From Callorhinchus milii (taxonomy: Eukaryota), in contig NW_024704743.1 in the NCBI RefSeq assembly GCF_018977255.1, positions 68,450,001 to 68,514,000 of the forward strand: DNA of 64,000 nt, given 5' to 3'. Positions 23,831 to 36,810 of the stretch are shown in pieces. Positions within the stretch are counted from its first letter, which is position 1; every line of letters starts with the position of its first letter. The translations under genes and the position numbers were made by a program. Under the pieces are notes generated by a model. It saw nothing but the letters and a program-made list of their open reading frames with translations, was not told where the DNA came from and ran no database searches.

Positions 23831-24439
23831 AATTCCTTGCGAGCAGCTTGGTAAGCAGCACCGCTCAGCATGAAATGGATGAGAGCGTGCCACCATCATC
23901 CTGGCCCACAGTTTAAGACATACAACCTGACTCATTATTGGGTCCACAATTTGGAAATGGAAAGCTTGAGCAGCAGCTGTGTACCTCTCTGTCTACCAAT
24001 CACGGTGATTAGAAAGCCCTGGGTATACGCGTGTGTTTTCACAAACCTGGACTAACACCAAGGAACACCTTCCAACAGTTGTCATGCCAAGCCTCAGACT
24101 CACATTATTACTTATTCATGTATGGTGGGAGACAGCTACAGGACAGATTATGAAGTACCAGCACCTTGATTTTCTGGAAAATCCAAGTCCAATGTTGCGT
24201 ACCAGGCTTACTCAACACCAACTGGTTAATCCTGATCTTCAGGACAGTGTTGGGATCCCATCTGAATAGAGCCAATTTTGGAGCTACTCTTCTAAAGTAC
24301 ATGATAACCTTTTTTTTAACTTTCTATCTCTCAATGTGAAAATAGTTTCATCTCATTTATTGTTATTTGCATGCTGATTAAAAACAAACACTGTTCATAC
24401 TCTGGGGTCTAATTTCCAGGATGCCCCTTATTCCAGTCC

Positions 24440-24820
24440 TCGACATGCTCCAATGTCTCCATTTCCCAGCAGATCCACTTCAAGTTCCTCATTTTCACCT
24501 ATAAATCTCTTTATGTTCTTGCACTTCCCTGCCTGTGGCCTTCTCCTACCCCACTCTTCTGCTTGCCTTTCCAGTTGGCTAATTTGGGCCTGCAGCTTCA
24601 GCCACTAACCTCTATAACTCTCTTCTATCCCTCTGCTCACCCCACTCTAACTGTCTTTAAATTTTGCCTAACACTTACATGTTCAACCATGCTGACCTGT
24701 CACTCCCCCTTCCCCATCCACTATTCCCTAGCTTGAGGTCCATACCAGCCTGTGTGAAGCATGCTGAGGCACTGTCTTACTTGAAAGGGGCTATATGAAG
24801 GCAAAGTTGTTGTCGTTGCA
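24440..24820 (+). mobile_element. Old degenerate L2 3' end
   Basis: cacttcaagttcctcattttcacctataaatctct; tail tgtgaagcatgctgaggcac...gaaaggggctatatgaaggcaaagttgttg. Confidence 0.7.
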
Positions 24821-25252
24821 CTTCTTAATGGGATTCCTTAATAATTAGAATAATAATTAATTCACTTACAGAAACATAGGTAACATTGGAGAGAGGAATA
24901 CCACTAGTCACCGTAAATCAGCAAGTCTGTTAAGAAATACTCTACTATGAATTAGACACCTGTATATGAATTGCAAATTGTGCCCAAGTGTTAACCTCAA
25001 TGGCCGTTGACTTGCAATACAGCACTAAAACAAAAAAGAAAAACAGAATGAAATTCACAAGTTCATTCATTAATCCACTGTCTAACATCCCATTAAACCT
25101 TGTAATCATTCATATACATTTCTAACACTGATTTCAAGATTTTGTTTGACAATGTTTGTGGTTTAAAATACATTATAAATGCAGATAGGAGAGTCAACAG
25201 TAACCAAAGAACTAAAATAAATATAACAAAAGGCTGGTTTCTACCAACAGAA

Positions 25253-25635
25253 ATAATAATAATGTTCCTTGTATTTGATAGGGCTTAACATATTAAAACA
25301 CTTTACAGTGTTCTTCTGTAAAATATAATGATTGTGTATTTGTAGGCAAACATTAGCTGCCAAATTGAACACAGTAATGTCTCACAAACAGCCATAAAAG
25401 CGAATGACCAATATTTTATATTTGGGGGGATTGTTGGCCAGGATATCAGGTAAAATTCCCTCTTTCCAACATCCACCTGAACAGGCAGATGAGACTTTGG
25501 TTTAATATCTCATCTCTGATAATGGAGCACTGCACCAACACTACATTGGAGTGTCAGCCTGGACTGAGCTCAAACTGAGCGAAGCTGGCGTGGGGCTTGA
25601 ACACACAACCTCCCGACTCAGAGGCGGGAGTGTTA
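25253..25635 (-). mobile_element. Old DeuSINE
   Basis: acatccacctgaacaggcaga; cttgaacacacaacctcccgactcagaggcgggagtg is the reverse of the SacSINE-like head. Confidence 0.85.
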
Positions 25636-26247
25636 TCAACTCAGCCAGACTGAAGAGTAACACACAATGCAGTCAAATATGCTCAAACCAAAATATTGAC
25701 GATCAGGAGATATGTTATGGGAATTTTCAGGCTTGGCTTCCTCATTTTTAACTCTATTAATCCCAGTGTGATTTTACTTTGCATTACATTCAATATAGGG
25801 AACAGATTGTACCTGAGGATGAATCAGCACATAACTGTTAATGTTTCACAGAGATTTCAGAAATCACCCAAGGTATGCTTCTCTGGTTTCATGTTTGTAA
25901 TAGCAAAAAAATGGTTTAGCTGTTTAACCTGAGAAATTGCCAATGTCAGGGGATTAAGCTGCACTTGTTCCTTCTTGTGCATGTTAACTAAGTGTGCTTA
26001 CATTGATTAACCTGAAGCCTCAGTCTACAATCCCACTGGGGATTCTGAATAGTCAAGATGATGCAGCTATCAATTAAATGCAAACTTAATACTCGCAATT
26101 TAGAGAAGCAAACAGGAGGTGAATGAATTTGTAAATCAGCTCCAGTATGTAACTATAAATAGCACAAAGCAAAAATGGCAATGCTTTGGAATCACTTTTT
26201 GATGGGTTTATTTAAAGGCATCATGTACAATTCTGGTTTCTTGCTGC

Positions 26248-26505
26248 TATAATAATAATAATCCTTGCATTTGATATAGCACCTCATCATAATAATAATA
26301 ATAATAATAATCCTTGCATTTTGATATAGCGCTTTTCACGTCGGGAAGACGTCCCAAAGCGCTTCACAGAACACACTGTAAAGTGAATTGACTGTATATT
26401 TGTGGGCGAAACGCGGCAGCCAATTGAGCGCAGCAGTGTCCCACAAACAGTCATGGATTGAAGTGACCAATTTTATTATTGCTTTTCTTTTTCTTGAAGG
26501 ATTAA
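26248..26505 (-). mobile_element. Truncated young SINE preceded by an extra tail copy
   Basis: Two consecutive (aat)n-ccttgcatttgatatagc units; L2-type loop cacgtcgggaagacgtccc. Confidence 0.9.
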
Positions 26506-28054
26506 TATCCTATAAACAGCTATTGAACTGTTAAACTTAGTAGCATCCAAACAACATAATCATTGTTATCACTCTACGGCAGTCCAAAGTCCACTGATTC
26601 TCTCCATCTTGGATGGGTGGTATTTTTATCTGCACTTAGTAGTGAGGCAATGTGGAACACACTGGCCTGTGCAAATTTGATTGGGAATAATAATAATAAT
26701 TTTTGCATTTGATATAGCGCCTTATCATGTCTTCGAGATGACTCAAAGCACTTCACAAGAATTTACCGTAAAGTGAATTGACTGTACATAGGGGCATAGA
26801 TTGGATTTGGTATGTAAGGAATATGGCAATACGGTGTGGAAAGGCAATTACAAGATCTGTTATGAACCCATAAAACAACAAAACTGGCTTGATAAGATTA
26901 AGAGGCTGCTTCTGTTCTTATGCTCAAATATTACTATTTTTTAAAAACAATCTATGAATTTGCAAACTGATGTTACATAGAAATTGATAATGATGCTATC
27001 TCCTCCCTGAAATTCACCTACAAATACACAATCATTCCACAGTAAATCGTATGAGATGTTTCAACGACAAAGTTTAGGAAACAAACTTTAGCAATTTCTT
27101 TATATATATATATGCTCTGACCCAAATTCCCTGCTATTTCTCATACCTTTTGTATTCTTTACAAATAATTATTGAATCCTCTTTAAATGTTATTTAATTG
27201 ACAATAATTCTAACCGCATGATGAATTGGTGGGTACAAAAGGCCCCACTCAGATAGTGCTGTAGTGTCAATCGAGTAGTTTTTTGCATCCACCACTTCCT
27301 CCAGTGGCTAGTCATGTTGCCCCAATGGCCTCTCACAATCTTTAATGAACATATAGTAATTGCATTGCAAATTTTATTGATATTTGCTCTGGCTTAATTT
27401 CACTGAGATGATAGTGTACATATTGTAAAAATGACAGCGACAATAGTGAGTAATAAGATACTAGTGTCAGGGTAGCATAAGGTGATTATAAAGCACTTGA
27501 GCTTTGCTAACGGTTTATAACTTAATCGATCGCTTGGTGTAAATTGTAGCACGTAACCATAATTCTGTATTTATTTAATTCCTGCTTTCATTTTAGAGCC
27601 GCAAATGTTTGAAAATGAGATGCTGCATTTTTGATAAGTGTCCCATTCACATTGCAGTAATTGGAGCTTAGTTTATAGGCCGACTATACCACATACCACT
27701 GCATACAACTGATATTAAGGTCTAAGCTGCAATATTTATAAAACAGATTTGTTGTATTAATTGCAGTTTCAAGGTTATCATTTGCACCTATCAAATCATA
27801 ATGTCCTAAGTCGGCAAGGCCTCGCAAAACACCAGCGAAGAGAAAGCATTGGTTCTTTCTTTTAGCACCATTTGTTGCTACTCCCATAGTGAGATTGTAA
27901 ATGTAGCAACGTTTGAGATCTCAGGTATGAACCGAGGTTTCATGTGATGATGCTCCAACACGTAGTACAAATAGGCTGACTATGGATCCTATTGTCAAAT
28001 TTGCTTTAAATATGAAGACAAACAAATCAATAGATATTTAAAGATCTCCATCAA

Positions 28055-28455
28055 TAAATAATAAACCTTGCATTTGATGTAGCACTTTATCAGATCTGGG
28101 AGGATGACTCAATGCACATCATAGGATTTTACTACAAAGTGTAGTGACTGTGTATTTTGTAGGTGAACATGGTAGCCAATTTGTAGATCTTAATGTCCCA
28201 CAAGAAGTTATGAAGTAAATGCCCAATTCTTATTTGGGGGACTGTTGGTCACAAGACTTGGAGAAATTCCCTTCAAGTGTGACAAGGGATCTTTAACATC
28301 CACTTGAACAGGCAAATGGGACCCCATGTTAACATCTCGTCCAAAGGACGGCACCTCCAACAATGCATTGGAATTTCAGGCTGATGTGGAGTTTAGATCC
28401 ACAACCTACTGACCCTTGAGGCAAGTGTGGTGCCTGCTGAGCCAGGCCGACACCT
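28055..28455 (-). mobile_element. Old DeuSINE, near full length
   Basis: gggatctttaacatccacttgaacaggca...catctcgtccaaaggacggcacctccaacaatgca...gctgagccaggccgacac. Confidence 0.85.
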
Positions 28456-29139
28456 AAATATTTGTATATCAAATTGCCAAGAAAGTAGCCCATTACTTTT
28501 GGATTTTTTCAAGTTCCTAATTTAAAAGGATAATTTGCGACAATTTACTTTACATTAGTAATTCTATCAATTGGTTAACATGGACGCTAGGCTGGAGCTG
28601 GAAACAAGGCAATATGCACAAGCCAATTTTCTGGGGAAAGCGTAAATCTCCAGTAGTTACTGACTCTGAAAGAAGACTTACATAAAGTTTTACAAAGGAA
28701 ACAATTGAAAAGTATTCTCCCTTCCTAGATTTCCTCTGGTAAGGTTTCTTTTGGCAGTCACTAAAACATATTCTTGCAATAACTGTTTTAATAATACTGT
28801 ATAAATAATTACACTGCTTCCTTATCAATCAGGATTGTTTATTAAATCAGACATTGTGATATTTTAGCTGTATAATAAGAGCTACAGATAAGATTTTAGG
28901 TCAGCGTTCATATCATATTCAATTTGTACATTCATTATTTGGATTTTATTTCCTCTAAAGTTCAGCAAATAAAAATAAGAGAGTGCAATATAATCAGAAC
29001 AATGCCCACTTTTGTTGAACATGTGTGTTTGTTCCTATAAAATTAAAGGGTCTGTAGTTTTAACATTTTAATACAGAGCTTTCATGTTCTTTATGAATGC
29101 TAAGATACATGCGCTTCCACAGCATACTTCTGAAAATCA

Positions 29140-29440
29140 CATGATCACCAGAGCGGTTTGGATAAAGAAGGCCTTTGACCCCTCTCATCTCATCCTTCCA
29201 TATGTTTGCCACTTGCACATGGAAATTCCCCTGTGTCTGGAAATGGAACGCACACCATCTCCCTGAAGGGATACATCCTGCTTACCTAATTCCAGAGGAT
29301 ATTAGACACAAGTTGACAAGAGGCAAGGCTTGGGAACTCAGTGTGCATGTGTTTGTGCATTGGGAGACTACAGGACTTTAAACAGCTAAAACCACACAAC
29401 TTGCCATCAAGGGCACTGTCTGGCAAGCTTCCTGCTAGGA
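29140..29440 (-). repeat. Repeat family X 3' part
   Basis: catggaaattcc...tctccctgaagggatacatcctgctt...tttaaacagctaaaacc...cttgcca...tggcaagcttcctgc. Confidence 0.7.
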
Positions 29441-32400
29441 ATATACTATATCAGTGATGACCGTTAGAATTTTAGCTCCTAACAAGGAATGGTTGATGGT
29501 GAATATACCACTTCCCGACTTTAAAAACAATTGAGTCTGAGGCTGTTTACAACTAGTCCAATTGTACATGCTGTCCCTTGGATTTCCCAGCATTTCAGAG
29601 TCAATGTGAAGAATACCAGTTTAACTAAATGTTTAAGCTTTTAAGCAATATTTATCACAGGCAATAATTATGACCAGTGAAATATATGTCACATTTTTGC
29701 CTTCTACGTTGCATCAGTATGGCTCAATCATTCTCTACGCATTGTTCTAAAGCCATATTGTCTGGCAGCACCTTGGGAAGTCCTTCCGACGTGAAAGGCG
29801 CTATACAAATATAATTTTGTATTGTATTGTGTGACTACGTCTCAGAGAGAGATTGAGGAAAAAGTCACCGCTCCACTCAAATCCATTTGAAAAGTTTCTG
29901 CATCGATAAAATAGCAATATCTCCATTAGCCATGAGGTCACTGGAGCTGAAGATTGTAATATTTATTAATTTCATGCAATCCCAAGATCCTGTATGTTAA
30001 AAAAAGAACTTTTTGACTGAATAATGGGCTGAGTTCAGTAGGAAGGTAGCTCCAAAGGACAGTATTCCAAAAAAACAAGGAAAAAGGAGGTCACTGTAAT
30101 ATACCATTCAACCATACTCAGTAAAAATCATTTATTATTAATTTTCTTACTCTCGTAATTCAGCAAATTCTTTTGTGCATCAATGCCTTTAATTCTTCAC
30201 AATCCATTGCATTATAACTAGAAGCTGAGCTCTGCGGTAACCTGCTGCAGTATGGGGTACTTGGAAATCTCCTGCAAAATGTTGGGAATCTCTTATCAGG
30301 TGGAGGGGGTGCTGGTGGAGAATTGAAATTGGCAAATAATCAAGGTTATCACTGTACCTCTATTGATGAAAAAAATTGATGATATGACCCACATACAGTG
30401 CTTTAAAAAAGGTTGTTCTCCGCTTTCTTACCAGCCAAACATCATACTTGTACTAATCAACTGAGAGACCACAGGTCCAAACCATTAAATCGATAAAAAT
30501 GTTGTTTCTGCCTGGGAGACCGTGAGCTTCACCAACCCCTCCTCATCAGAATGATCAATAAATACTAGAGGAAAAAATTGTCGATACTTTCGCAATTTCA
30601 TTTTTGTGGTTTGGGTATTCACCACACTGATCTTGTTGGTCACCTTGTGAGTTCTTGGTCAACCACAGATCAGATACTCACTTCTTGTGTGAAGGAAATT
30701 TCTGTGAGGTTCTCTTAGTGATGCATCGTCTCGTGCAAAACGAAGACACGCTAGCATTGAGGGTCTTAGGCTTGGCACGCTGATCTGTATTGTATCAGCT
30801 GACTTCAGCCAGATAGAAGTGGTGAGTGGAAAATTGGAAAGGGGATGAAAAAAGTGAAATGTGTGAAACATAAAAATGTCATCATCATGTAAATAACCTT
30901 TGCATATAGTATGCCATTCTAGTTTACCAATGTCATCTCACATAGGATCTTAAGAGGAACCTGTGATAAAGTAATGCAGGCGTAATAGTCTTTCACTGGC
31001 ACTGGAAGAGTTGTGGGATTTATAAATTAATTGTCCAATCCCTGAGCAATCACAGCATGTGTACTGTGATGCCCACTCTCTTTAATCTAAACCTCCTCAT
31101 AAATATCTCCTCAGATCAACCAATTATTCATCCTTGCCATATAAATCTTTTCACTTGGATGCATTTATCTTTCGAGTCATTACCTTCTCCATGCTTTGAC
31201 CTCTTGCTCCTCCTTCAGAGACTGTGGCTGCTCCAGTGAAAGCCATTTTGTGAAATGGAAAGGAAGGCAGAGCTGTGTTGAATCTAACTTGATTGTGCTT
31301 TCATCCTATATCTGGTGGCAGCTTGAAGTCATATTAGAAAAAGTGAATCTAATTTGTTCATGCCTCATAAACCACGAATGTTTGCCCAGAAAATACACTC
31401 CACTTTACATTATAGCCTGTGAAACTCTTTGAGACATCCTTCCGCTATGAAAGACGCTATATCAATTGTAAGAATTATTATTATTATTATCATCATCATC
31501 ATCAAATCAAATCAAACAAGCTTCAACCAGAAATTTAAATTTATTGACAGATACAAAAAAAGACTACAAATAAAACAGGTTTCATTATAATGCAATCCTG
31601 TACATTCAAAATTAAGTTATTCAGGAACTTATTCCAAAGTTCTTTTATGAGCAGCACTGAAATAGAGATTGCAATTCTATAGTTTTAAGTGGGGAGTATC
31701 ATTCAGTCCAAAGCCATGGCCGCTTAATGCATATTTAATTATATTATGTCAGTTCAGACCAATGTGTCATTATTGTTGATTAATCACATTTTTCTTTCAA
31801 AAAATTATTCATCCTTTTCTTTATCTTTTGCTTTCTTCTGACATTTTTGTTTCTAACTATATTCTAATTTCAAAGTACCTGATGTGTGAAATGACATTGT
31901 AACTAATTTTGCAGCTTTAAGACAAAGAACTGATGCATATCTGCTATGAGTTGATGAACGACAGAAAACTACAGAGGTGTATGAAATGAAAAGATTTCTC
32001 CTTTCGTTAATGAATTTTTAATCACTTACGGGGTGTTGATGAATATTGGCCTTCACAGGGGATGGTTCAAAGTATCAAAACTCAGACACAGCATTCTGTT
32101 TTACATATCTCAGCATTCTTCTTAAAGATCAAGGCAGATTAAGTCATTGAAGAATAGTGCAGCAATAATGACAAATAGGTCATTCTTTGTTCTTTTCTAG
32201 CTATTCAGTAAAAATGACATTATTTCAATGCAAATTGTTTTAACAAACTATTGGGAAGTTTTGTAAAGAAACCAGCTTCTAATTTGTTAAATTGGGAGGA
32301 GAAACGAAGGTCAGTGACAAAGGCAGGTTCTTTTAGTTAAATTATCAAATTGTCGATGGAAATCCAGCAACTAACCAGAGTTACCGTGTTTAGGACAAGA

Positions 32401-32894
32401 GAGGTTTCTGACAAGAGGAACTCTGTGCTCTCGAACATATTATATTAGAGGAGAAACTCCATCCAGGTCTATTGATGTAACATTTTCGAGCATGCAGAAT
32501 GTGGTAAATTCTTAATAATAACAATCCTAACTTTGATATAGCTCCTTATCACGTCTCTGAGATGTCACAAACCGCTTTGCAGAATATACTGTAATGTGAA
32601 TTGACTTTGGCCGAAATGTGGCAGCTAATTGTACACAGCAGTTTCCCACAAACACTTATCGGTTGATTAAATTCTTGAATTTAGTCGTAGCTTTAAAGTC
32701 GTTTGTTTTGTAGTTCTTAAAAGAGCGTATGGAAAAACAGCTTCAAAATAAAGGCTGTATTTAAGAATTTGTCAAATTCCTCTCAATGCACTGTGGCTGT
32801 GTTCTTTCTTGATTTCACTCATACCTATTCCAGTGTCTTCATGTTGTTTTTTCTAACCGTTTCTGCTCCTGCTCCCACTTGTTCATATACAGTA

Positions 32895-34480
32895 GGCTCC
32901 AGGATTGTACCTTTGGGCCTCCTCCTGTCGACCATTCTATTGTTGTCTCCTGCCTTTCCTCTCAGCTTCACCTTCACGGTTCTAGCCTTATCTGGTTTCA
33001 TTCTTACCTCTCCCACCATCTCTATTTCATGTCTGCCATTGACTTCTCCTGGTTCTATCCAATGCTCTATCCTCGGTCCTCCCCTCTTTAATATCTGCAT
33101 GCTCCTGCTTGGTGATGTCATCTGCAGACATTGGGTAACTTCCATATGTATGGGAATGACACCCAAATCTATCTCTTTACCTCTACCCTTGATTCCAGGA
33201 CCACTGCTGTCCTGTCTGATTGTTGGACATCAAGTCCTGGATGAGAGCTAACTTTCTCCAGTTGAATGTTGACATGTTATAGGCTCTTCTGTTTGGCTTC
33301 TCACCGCAGGTGCTGACAGCATCAATCTACATGATGCACAATCCATTTCACAGAGCTAATGCGGAACCTTTGTGCTTGTTTTGATTCTCAAATGTCCATT
33401 AAACCTCACGTCCCTGCCCTGATCCGTTTCAGCTTTCTCCTGTCTCCGTAACTTTGCCTGCCTCTGCTATTCTCTCTCCCCTCGGGTCACTGAGACCCTT
33501 ATCCACGCTTTTATCATGTCCAGGCTTGACGATGCCACCTCTCTATTCATCGGGCTTCCTGTTCTCTCCACAAGTTGCAAACCATTCAGAACTATGCAGC
33601 TTGTGACCTCTCCCGCACTAAACTCCATGAGCCTATAATCCCCATCCTCACCTGGATCCACTGGCTTCTCATCCAGAGGCTCGAATTTAAGATCCTCGTC
33701 TTCACTTTTAAACCCTTCCTTGCCCCACCTCTGCCACCTTCTGAAATCCTACCCACCTGCCCACGACCTCTGCTTGGCGGGCTGCTTTCCATCCCTCTCC
33801 CCAACCACTCGCAGTCGGGCTTTCAGCCTTTCTGCCCCCATTCTTGGGAACTCCATCCCAGAGTCCCTTCACCTTTTCACTTCCCTCATTTCCTTCATGG
33901 TCCAAATCAAGACCTTCCTGTTTGACCATGCCTTTGGTCATCTTCCTACCCCACCCCACACTCCTTAGCCCTACCCATCGCAAATCCAACCCTCAGCTCG
34001 GGTGCAAACCCTCGACTGTTTAGGGATTTGGGACATCCTCCCGATGTGAAAGGCACTATATACATGCAATTTGTTGTTGTTTGTTTTTTCCCCTCATCTA
34101 CATGTTTCCTCTTGGTGACATCATCTGTTGACATGGAGTTCACAGCCATAGGTATCTGGATGATATCCAACTCTACCTTTCTGATTCCATGACAACTGCT
34201 GTTCTGACAGACTGTTTATCAGATATCAAGTCCTTAATGAGCATTACCCTTCTCCAATTCAGCAGTGATAAAAACTGAGGTTACCTTGCTCAGCTCCTCC
34301 AAGCATCTCCTCACCTCGGGGGCTGAATGTATGGATTTCTCCAGTTGCTCATTTGCAACTCATGGAGGCTATGTGGAATCTTGATGTTTTGTTTGACCCT
34401 CAGCTCCTCATTTAAGCCTTTCATCCGGGCTCTGAATACGTCCACTTACTTCCATCTCCTCAACACTTTCACACTTATGC
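32895..34480 (+). mobile_element. Older L2 (RT to 3' tail, to about 34085) followed by a second internal L2 fragment
   Basis: SILGPPLFNICML, IQNYAA..LHEPIIPILTWIHWL; tail ttgggacatcctcccgatgtgaaaggcactatatacatgcaatttgttgttg. Confidence 0.85.
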
Positions 34481-34554
34481 CCTTACATAATATTGTGATA
34501 TTAAAAGGCAAAGTATTGTGACATGAAAATAATAATGTTTCCATTCAATAATAA

Positions 34555-34948
34555 TATAAATAATAATCCTTGCATTTGGTTTAGTATCTTTCACGTCGGG
34601 AAGACTTTTCTTTGAAGTGGAATGACTGTGTATTTGCTGGGGAACATGGCAGCCAATTGTGCACTGCAATGTCTCATAAACAGCCATGAAACAAATGACC
34701 AATTTTATCTTTTTGCGGAATTGTTGACCAGGACCCTGGGAGAAACTCTCTTCACTTTTCTAGTGGAGCATTCGGATCTTTAACGGGATATCTCAATGCA
34801 GACAGGATCCAGGTTTAACGTCTCATCCAAAGGACGGCACTGCCAACGATGCAACACACTAACTGACTGCACTGCCCTGATGTGAAGCTTGAACTCACAA
34901 CCTTCTGACTCAGGCAAAAGTGCTACTGACTGAACCAGACTGACACAT
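34555..34948 (-). mobile_element. Old DeuSINE
   Basis: ggtttaacgtctcatccaaaggacggcac; cttgaactcacaaccttctgactcaggc. Confidence 0.85.
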
Positions 34949-35922
34949 AAGTGGTTTCAAGTTGTTTTATTGCAAAACAGAGACTTAATGACTAACATGA
35001 CATAAATGCAACTATTGCCTGCTTCAGTCATAATAATTTAGATGAATGTTATACATCAGTAATTTATCATTATGTTCAATGGATAAGGGCAGACCAAATT
35101 TCAAAGCTTTCTGCTGATGAATGCAAGGTATCTTGTTACATCCATATAAGAAACCAAAATAGTTTGGTGAACTCACTTGTCTTTATGCACCTTACAATAG
35201 ACTACAACACAAATTTACATTTACATGTTGCCTTTCACATCAGGAGGACTTCCCAAAACACTTACCAGTACTTGAAGCCAAGGTGGGTGAGGAGGGAAAG
35301 GTGACTAAAAGTACGGTCAAAGAGATGGACTTTGATTGAAGTGAGGGAGGGAAGCAATCAGAAGGACTCCAGGATGGCTTTATATACAATATATCTATTT
35401 CTACATGGTATATGAAGCCCATGGTATAACCATGTTATCTATTTTCCACTAAATAATATACACATTCCAATTTTCTCACACAATTACTTGTTTTTGGTGT
35501 ATGCCAATTGAAAACATTTTGGTGTAAGATTACATCTTTCAGGGGCTATTTAGATGTCATATAGATATGCTGAAGCATATAGCTGCTTTTAGTAATGTTG
35601 CCACCACAAAATAAGAAAGATTATAAGCAATTACAGCAAAATACTTCCACTCATCAACTCTGGTCTCCTTGCCTCTTTATATGTGGTTACCTCATTGCTT
35701 GCCTTAGTCAGTATAACTTCACCAAACGAAAAAAACTACATGCGATAAAGTTTATTCATAGTTCATGACCACAATAGTGTGACCAGTGCAGACCATTATT
35801 TTCATGTAGGTCTATTGTTCTGGTGAACCTTGGACTGTGGGTGGCTGTAATGTTCTGTAACCATGTTTGTCCTTCAGTGCAGTCTCACTGTCTGTTCAAG
35901 CAGTTATACCACATATACTACA

Positions 35923-36224
35923 TGAGTTCAAGATCCTCATCCTCACTTTCACTGGACTCCTCCACTGCCTCATCCCTCAGGCTGCCAAAACTCTCGCCCA
36001 CGCATTTGTCACCTCAAGGCTGGATTACGGGAACTCCCTCCTCATTGGCCTTTGCAACACTTCCCTTCACAAGCTGCAGATCATCCAAAACTCTGCAGCT
36101 CGTGTACACTCACACACCAGGCTCTGTGATCCCATCACTCCCACCCTCGCCTGACTCCACTGGCTCCCCATCCTCCAGAGGATTGAGTTCAAGATCCTTG
36201 TCCTCACCTTTAAGGCCATCCATA
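35923..36224 (+). mobile_element. Rearranged internal L2 fragment
   Basis: AFVTSRLDYGNSLLIGL...LQIIQNSAARV; near-identical to about 43340-43600. Confidence 0.9.
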
Positions 36225-36589
36225 TAAGGCTTCAGTGACTCCAAAGGATTTTCACATAAAACCCAGACTGAGCTCTGCTGTATAACTGCAGTTGAAGTGA
36301 AAACTGAATATGCATTTAGCCAATGCTGTGAGACCACCACAGAGAGGAAGTCTCAAACCATTTTGGCTTTGCACCAGTTTTACTGTAACTGTAGCTAGTG
36401 TGAAAGCATTTTAGAAAATTTGTGATGGGGTAGACATGGGAGTAGAACTTGTGATATCCCTTAACGTGTTTCTTGCCTCATTTAGCACAAGAAACATTTT
36501 AAGAAATCCTGCAAATTTATTACTGTTTCTTAATTGGCATCACCCTCATTAATTAAGAATTGAGCACTCAGTGTGGTGCTACTGGGATT

Positions 36590-36810
36590 AACAACAACAA
36601 TAAATTATGTTTGTATAGCCCTTTCACGTCAGGAGGATGGCCCAAGGAGCTGGACAGTCAGGGATTTGGACTCGAGCAGGGTCTGGATCAGGAGCGGTGA
36701 AGGGCAGGGAGGGTAGGGGTAAGAGGGTGGCTGAAGGCGCAGTCGAATGGTAGGGTCTTGAGATGTATCTTGAAGGAAGCAATTGAGTGAGCAAGGTGAA
36801 GCCACTCGAT
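36590..36810 (-). mobile_element. L2 3' fragment (family A tail), head-to-head with the next L2
   Basis: acaacaacaa...ctttcacgtcaggaggatggcccaagg. Confidence 0.88.
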
